DNA of 64,000 nucleotides from the NCBI GenBank assembly GCA_965240325.2, contig OZ251244.1, positions 496,001 to 560,000 of the forward strand, read 5' to 3'. Below, one piece after another: positions 33,036-43,334 of this stretch. The notes beneath the pieces were generated by a model. It did no database searches. It was not told where the DNA came from and saw only the letters and a list, made by a program, of their open reading frames with translations. A program made the position numbers and the translations under genes. The DNA comes from Rebecca billardiae RCC1528. Lineage: Eukaryota > Protista > Haptophyta. Positions within the stretch are counted from its first letter, which is position 1. Every line of letters starts with the position of its first letter.

Positions 33036-33618
33036 GCTGCCGCGTCGGGCGGCGGCGGCGGCGGCGGAGGGGTGGCGCTGCCGCGCGGTCGCTCGAGACG
33101 GCCTCGCTCGGACAGAGAAATGCGGGAGTGGCTGGACAGCTTGCCGCGCGAGCGCTGCTTCCTGTTCTTTCCAGTTCGGGAGGATTCGCGGAAATCACCC
33201 GTCTTCTTCTTGACGAGTTGGGCGGCCGGCGGCGTCGTAATCTCACTCTCATCACGCGGCTCCGCCACCGCGCCGAATCCTCCTCGCCGAGCAGTCGGCT
33301 GCGCGCCGACCGCGTGTGGCTCAGCGCCCCGGAGCGTCGGTGCACCGGGCACTCCCAGTAGACTCCCTGCTGCGCTGGCTGGCACCGACTGCTGCCTCTC
33401 CGAACGGTTGCCACACGCATGAGGGCCGTTGACTCAGTGACGGCGGCGGTTGACTGAACTGAGCGGCTGAGCGCAGGCGACGACGCGACGAGGCAGAGAT
33501 CAATCACAGGCGCTGGTGCCGCGTGCAGGGCACCCGCCGCAGAAGGAACGAAACACCGCGCGTGCGCACGCGGCACGGGACCGCACACGGGCCTCGGTCG
33601 GCCGGGGCGCTCGGCGGC

Positions 33619-36423
33619 TCAGCGGCGTGCAGCCTTGGCTTTGGAACCGCCGGCGCCAGCCTTGCCCTTCCGCGCCGGGGCGGCGCGCTTGCCGCCTTTC
33701 GGCTGCTGGGCGTCCTCGTCCTCGTCCGCCGCGGTGGCCTCCTCGTCGCCCCCGCTGCCCTCGCCGCCCTCGCCCCCGCCTCCGCCGCCGCCGTCAGCCG
33801 CCACCTCCGCCACCACCAACTCCGCCAGCGCCTTCACCTTGGCGGCCGACTTTTCGTCAGCCATGTCGGCGATGAGCACGGTGCACGCGTAGCCTGCCGC
33901 GACGGCATGGACGAGCGCGCCCTCGAGGTCGTCGACCAGCTTGGGCTGGGTGGAGGACTTGGGCCCGGCGTCGCCGTACCCGAGCTCGCCGTACGCGGGC
34001 GACGGGCCCCACGTGATCACCGAGCGGTCGGCCGCGACGGCCGTCGACGTGTGCCCGCACGCGAGCGCGCGCACACTCCAGCCGTGCAGGTCGGTGACTG
34101 GCTTGGGGTACATCGTCGCCTCGCCCGTCGTCTTGGTGCGGCCCCAGAAGAAGGTGGCGCCCGCTTTGGTGCGCGCGTACGAGCACGTGCCGCCCGCAGC
34201 CACGTCGCATGCCTTCGCCTGGCGCCGCGTGGCCGCGCGCCGCGTGCGCGGCACGGTGTCAGTAAGCAGCGCGCGTGCGCGCCAGGCGCGCGCGCAGGCA
34301 GGGCAGACGGGGTCGCAAGCGGGCGCTCGCGCCGCCGCCCGCCGCCTGCCTAGCGCGCTCGCGTGTACCCGCATCTGCACGTGGGTCGGGCGCATCCGGT
34401 CGTTCGCGTCCGAGTGGCCCAGCCGGCCGTACCCGCCGAAGCCGAACGTGTACACCGCGCCCGTCGTCGCGCAGAGCACGGTGTGGTGGTCGCCGCACGC
34501 AATGGGCCCGATCGCGCCGACGGCCGACGCCGCGGCCGCGGCCGCGCTCGCCGACGGCCGCGGGATGTCCACTAGCACAGGCTCGGTCCTGTGGTGGGGT
34601 GGGGCAGCGGGCACGCGGGGGCGAGGGCGGTCGGAAGGCAGCGTGTGCGCGGGGCGCCCGCGGGCGAGGCTCGGCGCAGCGCCAGCGCTCGCCCCTCCGC
34701 CCGGCGCCACCGCCCGGCCCCAGGCGCGGCCCGCCCTGGCGGCGCTGTTGACAGCTGTCGCCCGCACTCGCCGTGCGTGCACCGCGCGCGGCGTGCGGGG
34801 ATGCACACGCGTGCGCGCACCACCCGCTCTCCGCGCGCGCGCACGCACGGCGCGTGCCGCCGCGCGGGACCCCTCGCGTGCACTCCCCGTGCGTTACCCG
34901 CATAGTAAGTCATGACCCGCGCACATACGCGGGGAGTGCACCCGCATAGTAAGTAACGACCCGCGCGCATACACGCACCTGAAAGCGTAGTCGAGCTTCC
35001 CCGCGCGCTCCAGCGACTCGCCTGCCGAGCCGTTCCCGAGCTGGCCGTACTGCGGGTGGCCCCACGAGTAGACGCGGCCGGCGGTGTCGGTGGCGATGCT
35101 GAAGTCCGCGCCGCACGCCACGCGGCACGGCCGCGCGCCCGCGCCGCGCGGCCAGTGCACCGCCTTGGGCGTGTGCACGAACGACCCCTGCCGCCCGGCG
35201 CTGCCGCCGTGGCCGAGCTGGCCGGCGGCATTGGCGCCGCAGGACAGAAGCTCACCAGAATCGAGCACGAAGAGTGTGTGCGCCTGCGCCGCGCGGCGCG
35301 CATCGCGGCAGGGAGGCGCGCGTCAGGCGCGCGCAGGGCACGCACGGACGCACTCGCGCCACGCGCTTCGCCCTCACCCGCCCTCGGCGCCGCAGCGCGG
35401 GCGTCCGCGCGCTCAGCTGAAGCAGGGGCGGCCGTGTCGCGCGCGCGGGCGCGGTCGCGCGCGCGGGCGCGCGCCGCTGGCGCCGCGCTCACCTTGCCGC
35501 ACGCGGCGGCGAGCACCTTGCCGGAGCTCTCGAGCGCGCTGACGAGCGTCGGCGCGTGCACCACCTTCGTGTGCCCCAGCCCCAGCTGGCCCATCGCGTT
35601 GCGGCCCCACGCGTACGCCTGCCCCGTCGGCGTGAGCGCCAACACGTGAACTGCCGACGGCCCAGAGACGACCGCTGCGACCGGCGTGGTGCACAGCAGC
35701 CGCTGGAACGACGACGGGCCCGTCGCCTCGGCGAGGCTGAGCGCGCGCTTGCCCACGTCGTCCCACGCGGTCGAGCCCGCGAAGAGCAGCTGGCCCGAGC
35801 GACGCTCGCCCAGCGCCGTCGGCTCGATCGGCGCCACCGCCTCCTCGGCCGCAGCCGGATGATTGGCCGATCCGCTGCCGGCCGCGGCCGCGGCCGCGCC
35901 CGCCGCCGCGCCGCGCGAGCTCGGCGAGCCGGCGCTCTGCTTGCGCGTGGAGCTGGCGGCAGCGGCGGCGGGCGCGGCCGCACTCGGCGCGCCGCCCGCG
36001 CCGCCCGCACTGCCGCCAGCCGCGCCCTCGCCGCCGCCGCCGACCGCGGCAGCTTGCTCTGCAAAGTGACGGCGCATCACGGCCGTCGCGCGCCCCTCGC
36101 CGCCCAGCTCGTACGCCGACTTGTACATGGCCTTCTCGGCCTTGGACCATTGCGCCTTCTCCTCCTTGGTGAACTTCTTCCGCGACGGGTCCTGCGCGCA
36201 CCACTTGGCGGCCTGCCGCGGGAGCCGAGCGCCACACGCGCGAGCGTGGGGGCCGCACGGCCGAGCGCGCGCCGCGTCGGCGCGCGCGCGCGGGATCGCG
36301 CGGCGTCGCGGCGCGAGGGTGCGGCGCGGGCCGAGGAGCGCGGATGGCGGCGGCACGACGCGCCGGCGCCTGCTGAGCGCGCCGGCCCCGCGGCACACCG
36401 GCGCGCACCTGAGCGGCCAACAT
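33619..36423 (-). CDS. RCC2: RCC2/TD-60-like RCC1-repeat protein. Exons 36423-36409, 36212-35493, 35283-34979, 34588-34369, 34218-33619
   Basis: GQLLFAGSTAWDDVGKR, WGRNAMGQLGLG, VACGADFS..YSWGHPQYGQLGNG, FGFGGYGRLGH, GEATMYPKPVTDLHGW.VRALACG, WGPSPAYGELGYGD..PKSST. Confidence 0.9.
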
Positions 36424-36990
36424 CGTGAGCGCGCGACACGCGAGAGCGCGCGGGCGGCGAGGGCGGAGCGCGGAGACCAGAGGACCCGGACGGATCCGGG
36501 CGGGAGGGCGCGGCCGGACCGCTCACCGTTTGCCTTATTACATTCCGCACCGTCACAGCAGTCCTCGTCCTTGGACTCGCGCGCGGACCCGTGGTCTGAG
36601 CCGTCAGCCGTAGTACCACGACGTCTCAGTGTCACCAGTCAGTGTTAATATACCCGTGATTGATGACGAACGTGCATACGCTCCAGCTGACCAGCAGCGC
36701 TCCAGGCACGCAGCACGCTCGCGTCGCCGTCGCGTCGCGCGCCGGCGGCGTTGCCCCGCGGTGGCCCTCGCCCGCCTGCCGCCGTACCCGCACCGGACGG
36801 CCCCGGAGCAGCACTCCTTGAGAGCGGCGCGGCCGGCACCCTCGCCCGGCCAGATCCATGACCGTTCTGACCGTTGGCTGTCTGTCTGTCCCTCTGCGCA
36901 TCGCTCGAGCTGCCGCTCCCACCGAGGACACCGGCGCTCGGGCGCGCGTCGAGCCGGCGGCGGCGCTTCGCCTGGCGGGCGCGTCGGAAC

Positions 36991-38812
36991 TCAGAACGCG
37001 TGCTGGGCCAGCGCCTGCAGAAAGAACAGGACCTGCCGCGTGTCCTCGACGTACAGCGTGGCGCGGCTCGGCTTGTGCCCCACCGTGATGTTGAACGTGC
37101 GCCGCGCCGGCGCGCCCGCGGTTGCGTTCGCCGTGAGCGGCGCGCGCGCGCGCGCGAGCGCGGCCGCGAACATGAATTCGTCGGAGTGGTCGTCGCCGCA
37201 GCAGAGAACAAAGTCAGCGTTGCGGTTGTGCGCCTGGCACAGGAGCAGGTCGGTGGTGACGCCCTTGTTCACCGCGCGGATCCGCACCTCCACCTGGCAC
37301 TTGGACGGCGAGTGCGCCACCGTCACGGGATACTGCGACAGTTGCTGCGGGCGCCGCCGAGCGAAAAAGGCGGCAACGCGGTGCGGACGGCCGCGGAGGC
37401 GCGGGGCGAGGCGCGGCGCGTGGGTGCGGGGAGGTGCGTGAGAGTGAGAGGGTGTGGCGCAGCGCGCGCGCACGCCACGCGCGCGCGCAAGGCACACCGC
37501 GCACGCCGTGTGCCCTGCGTTGCTCCCTGCGCGCGCCCGGCCCTTGCGTGCCTGCGCACCGCCCGCTTGCCCCCGCGCCGCTTGCCCGCGCCGCGCTGCC
37601 CGCGCCGCGCTGCCCGCGCCGCGCTGCCCGCGCCGCGCTGCCCGCGCCGCGCTGCCCGCGCCGCGCTCGCACCTGCGAAAGCTGCTGGTGCAGCTGCTTC
37701 CCCTGGAAGCGGCCGAAGTCCGGGTCTGCGTCGTGGTAGCACCACACGGCCGCGCTCTCCTGCCAGCGCGAGTAGGAGCCGTTCGTGCGCGTCGTGTACC
37801 AGTGCATCACCGCCTGCGCGCGCGCGCGCAAAATAATCATCATGATGAAATCAAACATTCACGGGGCGCGCACACGCGAGCGCGCGCGCGGCACGTGCAG
37901 CGTGCAGCAGGCGCGCGGCGCGCGAGCGCAGAGGGGGCGGAGCGGCGGTCAGCGAGCGCCAGCGCGGCGGGGCGCCGTGCGCCGGCGGCACAGAGCCGCT
38001 CGCTCGGCCGAGCCGACCGCGCCGCGGCGCACGCGCACGCGGGCGACCCCCTCGCGCGCGGTCCGGGAGGCGGACACACACACGCGCTCCGGCGCGCAAG
38101 CACGTCTGGCGCGCGCGCGCCGATCGCGCGAACGCGCCTTTGCCTCCTGCCGCCACGCGTCGTTCTCCAGCGACGAGGTGTGCCGCTCCCACTGGCGCGA
38201 GCCGAGCGAGGCGGCGGTGGCCGAGCGGCGGAGGAAGCCGAGCTCGGCGGCGAGCCCGAGCCGGTGCACGCCGCCGAGGATGCCGTGCATGTCCGTGGCG
38301 CCGCGGCCTGAGAGAATCGTCACGTCGTTGGCCGGGTCGGCTGCGAGCGTGCGCAGGCAGTGAAGCATGGCTGGCGAGGGCGCCTGCCCGCGGCCGGTGA
38401 AGTCGTGGTTCTCCTTCAGGTGGGTGATCACGGTGTCTTGCGGGATGAGCGTGCCATCGAGGCCGAAGCAGAGCACGCGGCGCGTGGCGGTGCGGTACGC
38501 GCGAACCAGCATCTCGACGTCCAGCTTGCGCGGCATGAGCAGCGCAAGGCTCGGCGCGCGCGAGAGCACGCGCGGCAGGCCGTCCACGGATTCGGCCGCG
38601 CCAATGCCCGTCTCCGCGCGCTCCGTCTCCGCGAGCTGCACCCGCTTGAGGTCCTTCACGAAGAGCTGCACCCACGAGGTCGTGGTGTTCTGGCACACGA
38701 ACTGCGTGTCCTTGTGCATCGCCAGCACCGAGTCGCCGCGCGACTGAGAGAGCGCCCGGTCGATGCCTGCGCCGAGCGAGCGAGCGGCGGCGCGCGCGCG
38801 TGAGCCGCGCAG

Positions 38813-38846
<34 letters not shown>

Positions 38847-41800
38847 CGCGCGCGCAGCGCGCGGCGCCGCGCGCGCAGCGCCGCGCGCGCGCACCCTCGA
38901 CGATCGAGGTGAGGGAGAACGGGTTGACCCGGATCGCGCCGTTGAGCACGCGGGAGCAGCCGGCGAACTCGGAGAGCACGCACACGCCACACTTGTTCAG
39001 CTTGTCGCGCGCGGACACAAACTCAAAGGGCAGCAGGTTGAGCCCGTCGCGCGTCGCGCTGACGACGAGGATGTCGAGGAGCGACCACACGGCCACGCGC
39101 ATGTTCACGTCCCACTCCGCGTCGCCCACCTGCACGGCGGAGACGCGCGAAGCGTCGGCGCCCGACGCGCCCACCTCGATGTAATGCAACGACTCGTCTC
39201 CGAACCGGCGTCGCACGCGCTCCGCGATCGCGCGGCACTCGGCCGCGACTTCCTTCGAGTGGTCCATGAGGTAGGGCACGATCTTGCACACCTGCACGGG
39301 TTTAGGGTGGGAGCGAGGCAGGGGAATGGCTCGGGTGAGCACCTCCTTCGAGTGGTCCACCAGGCAGGGCACGCCCTTGCACACACACCTGCACCAGTGT
39401 GACGCGGCCGCGCCATTTCTCATACCTGGAGGGGGAGGCGTGCGCGGAGGGGGGCGCGGCCGCGGCCGCGGCCGCGGGGAGCACGGGGCACACACAGCGC
39501 GCGCGGGGGGAGCAAGGCACGCGAGTGAGCGGGCCAGCGAGGGCGCGCGCCCGCGCCCGCGCGTCCGCCCAGGCGCACAAGAGCGCATGCGCGCGCGCGC
39601 GCAGCTTCGAAGGCGCGCGCGGCGCGCGCTCTGACAACACAGGTGCGGCGCGCGCGTCATTGGGGGCCTCGCGCGCACGCTTCGAGAAGGTTCTCGTACG
39701 CCGTGAGCTTGAGCGCGGTGCCCTGCATCGACGAGAGCCACTCGACGCCGCCGAGCACGATCCGCCCGTCCAGCTTCAGCGCCGACTGCAGCGCGCGCGA
39801 GTGCGCCGCCACCGCGTCGCTCGTGACCCGCTGCTCGACGATCGAGGGCTCGATCCCGACGTGGCTCACCGTGATCACGATCTGGCGGGACTGCCACGCG
39901 AGCCCAAGCATCCCGCTCGACATGTTCTGCGTCGGGCGCGTCGGCTCGACCAGCCCGAGCAGGCGGCGGCAGGAGATCATGAAGTTGCGCGCATACCTGG
40001 GTGAGGGTTCGAATGTATTGGTTGGGGTTGGGAGATGCGCGGGTGTGTTAGGGTTAGGGTTAGGGTGTCGCGCCACGCAGGCACGGCGGTGGACGCAGGG
40101 CGAGGGGCGCGCGGCGCGGCGCGCGGCGCGCGCGCGCCAGCAGGGCGCGTGCACCGCGCGCGCGGGGGGCGGGCGGCAGCGCGTGAGCGAGCGGCGTTGG
40201 CGTTGTGCTGTGTGAGCGCGCGCGTGCGGCGTGCACGGCCTGTGTCGCGGGCGCCGCGTGCGTGCGCACGGCCGCGCCGCGAAGGAGGTGGCGGCACGGC
40301 GCAGCGCAATGCGCCCGGCTGTCGCGCCGTTGCCGCGCCGCCCCATACAACGCGCAGCGCGCGCTCGCGTCCACAGCGGCCGCGCGGCCGCGCTCCCGCG
40401 CACTCGCGCGCACTCGCGCGCGCGCCGCGCCGCGGGTCAGAAGCAGGGCCAGGATGAGTGCCGCGGCGCGGCGCGCACTCGTATAGGTGGAAGCCGATGA
40501 TGGAGGCGTGGAGCATCGCCCCGAGCACGACCTTCCGCTGCGGCAGTGCGGAGAAGATGGACACGCTCGGGAAGGGCGTGTGCACGAACAGCCCGATCGG
40601 CGCGTTGTTCTGCCGGCACTCCCGAGAGAGCCTCTCCGGCACCAGCAGCAGGTGGTGGCCGTGTACCCAGACAAGGTCGCGCGCGGTGAGCCGAGATTTG
40701 ATCTCGTTGGCAAAGAGCGTGTTCACGATCTGTGCGCGCGCGGGGGCGGCGCGCGGGGGCGGCGAGGCGCAGGGCGGGGCGGGCCGAGGGCGGCAGCGCG
40801 GGGGCCGCGGGCACGACGCGCGCGCGGGGGGCATCGGATGAGCGTGCGCCCGCCGCCGCCGCGCCCGCGGTTGGGAGGCTCGGGGCCGCGGGCAGCCGCC
40901 GCGCCTGGCACAACCGCCTCGCATGGCGCCGCGCCGTGCCGACCTTCCTCCCCACGCCGCCGCGCCGCGTGCGCCCCGGCCGCGCGGCCGCGCGGTGTGC
41001 GGCCGCGTGCTCGCTCGGCGGCGCGCTCGCTCCCACCGCGCGGCCGCGCGGTGCGTGGCAGCGCGCTCGCTCGGCAGCGCGCTCGCTCCCACCGCGCGGC
41101 CGCGCGCGGCGCGTGGCAGCGCGCTCGCCTCGCACCTGGTAGGCAGACCACGCCTCCTTGGCACGGCGGTAGTGGCCGCCCCGGCCCGCGTTCTGCGTGG
41201 GCAGCTCGTTGTGCAGGAGCGGCCAGAGCGTCGTCTTGCTGTACTCCATGTACGCGTCGTGCAGGTCCCACGGGTCGATGAACACCGGGTAGCACCCGTA
41301 CTTCTCCAGCAGCGCCGCCACGGCCGGTTGGTCCTCGCGTCCAATGTAGCGGCCGGGACTGCCGATGTAGGCGATCTGCACGCCGGCGCTGGAGCCGAGG
41401 ACGGAGCGGCCGCCGTCGACGGAGGTGGCCCACATCGACGACTCCTCCCACTCCGCGCGCCACTCGCCACTCGCCGCGTCCTTCGACAGCGCGATCGGCA
41501 GCCGCGAGAGCACGTTGAGAACTCTCTCGGAACCGTCGAGCGGCTCGGCGAGCACCGGCGCGCGCGCGGTGCGGGCCACCTCGCTCAGCGAGGGCGGCAG
41601 GTCGAGCGAGTGCGTGCCCTCGAGGCCCGCCGGCCCACGCATCGGCGTGTCCAGCGAGGAGACCTCTGGCGTGCCGTGCACGCTCCCCGGGCAGGCCGAG
41701 ACGCGGCCCCATTCCTCGACCAATGAGAGCTCTTCGCCGACCGGCGCAAACTGGCGGTTGGACGGGGTCTCCTCCCAGCGGACGGAGGCGCCGTCGGCGC

Positions 41801-42056
41801 TGATCAGGACGAACTTGTACTGCACCGACGCGACGTACGTGCCGATCAGCACCGTGTCCGAGTGCCACGTCGGGAACGTCTCGGCCGACGTCTGCAGCCG
41901 CAGCGCCTGCGTCGGGTCCCACCCGCCGAATTCGGGCAGCTCGCCGCACACGGCGAGGGTCTCGCCGAAGCGCGTGTCGGGCGCGTGCACGCGGAACGAG
42001 ACGCGCGTGAACAGAGGGCCCAGCAGGTAGTCCGTCTCCTCCTTTGGCTCCGCCAT
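36991..42056 (-). CDS. TPS: CBM20 - trehalose-6-phosphate synthase (GT20) - trehalose phosphatase (HAD) fusion with degenerate catalytic motifs. Exons 42056-41136, 40729-40479, 39996-39679, 39425-39389, 39291-38895, 38766-38138, 37813-37673, 37344-36991
   Basis: CBM20 (FRVHAPDTRFGETLAVCGELPEFGGWDP..QYKFV..RWEETPSNR). GT20 (YSKTTLWPLLH, LVWVHGHHLLLVP, GLFVHTPFPS, IGFHLYEYARNF, RDGLNLLPFEF, LSEFAGC, VNPF). TPP (LDGTL, ILSGR, LAAELG, DADPDFG, VNKG, GDDHSDEFMF, VGHKPSRA). Confidence 0.9.
37585..37667. repeat. 14-bp minisatellite (TGCCCGCGCCGCGC)n in a TPS intron
   Basis: About 6 direct copies. Confidence 0.85.
40048..40065. repeat. Intronic telomere-like repeat (TTAGGG)3
   Basis: Reads (CCCTAA)3 in TPS transcript sense, ~50 nt before the 3' splice site at 39997. 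Confidence 0.85.
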
Positions 42057-42311
42057 CCTCGCTCCCTCCCTCGCGGCCGAGTGTGGAAGGCGGTGGCCTC
42101 TGATGGCCTGGTTTCGTCCCCGCACGGGCCGCACGGTCCGGCCGGAGCCGGTTCATTCTAGACCTGCCACCTGTAATCCTCTATGATGCGGGTAATCGAT
42201 ACCCTCCGGACTTATTAGATACGGTACCGTATTTTTAGCGCGCTGCGCGGGTGGAATCAGTTGACCCGGCTCATAGGAGACCGAGCGAACCGCTGAGGAG
42301 AGCGGCAAAGC

Positions 42312-43299
42312 ATGCTGGACCGGCGCGCAGCCGTGCTCGCCATCGCGTTCGCCGCGCTCTCGGGCGGCGTACCGGTGCCATACCCGCCCGCGCAGGGCTG
42401 TGATGACACGCTCAACGCGTGGTGCGAAGCCGACGGCTGCCCCGCCGTCGGGCAGACCCTGTACGCTCGGCGCGACACCACGGCAGAAGGGGACCCGCCC
42501 GCATGGCGCTGCTACGCGAACGGCACGCTCTCGAACGACACGCTGACGTACGTGAATGGGACGGATTACTGCACGCGAGATGCGGAACTGCAGGCCGAGC
42601 TGGCGACATGCCTCGCTGCGCCAGAGACCCCGCCGTCGCCGCCGCCCGCACCTCCGCCCAGTCCGCCACCATCGCCGCCGCCCTCACCGCGCTCGCCGCC
42701 CCCGACCCCACCGCCGACCCCGCCGCCGTCACCGCCGCCGACTCCTCCGCCGTCACTGCCGCCGAGCCAGCCACCAAGCCCGCCACCGAGCCCGCCGCCG
42801 AGCCGGCCGCCGAGCCCACCGCCGAGCCCGCCGCCGCTGCCGCCGCCGAGCCCGCCGCCGTCACCACCGCCGAGCCAGCCACCGAGCCCGCCGCCGAGCC
42901 CGCCGCCGAGCCCGCCGCCGAGCCCACCGCCGAGCCCACCGCCGAGCCCACCGCCGCTGCCGCCGCCACCGAGCCCGCCGCCGTCACCGCCGCCGAGCCA
43001 GCCCCCGAGCCCGCCGCCGAGCCCGCCGCCGAGCCCGCCGCCGAGCCCACCGCCGAGCCCGCCGCCGCTGCCGCCGCCGCCGAGCCCTCCGCCGTCACCG
43101 CCGCCGAGCCAGCCACCAAGCCCGCCGCCGAGCCCGCCGCCGAGCCCACCGCCGGACCCACCGCCGAGCCCGCCGCCGCTGCCGCCGCCGCCGAGCCCGC
43201 CGCCGTCACCACCGCCGAGCCAGCCACCGAGCCCACCACCGAGCCCGCCGCCGAGCCGGCCGCCGAGCCCACCGCCCAGCCCGCCGCCACCACCGCCGC

Positions 43300-43334
<35 letters not shown>

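Noticed and set aside
37333-37344. Alternative acceptor removing a repeated QLSQ in TPS
   Set aside because: The longer form matches the expected TPP helix length; cannot be resolved without RNA data.
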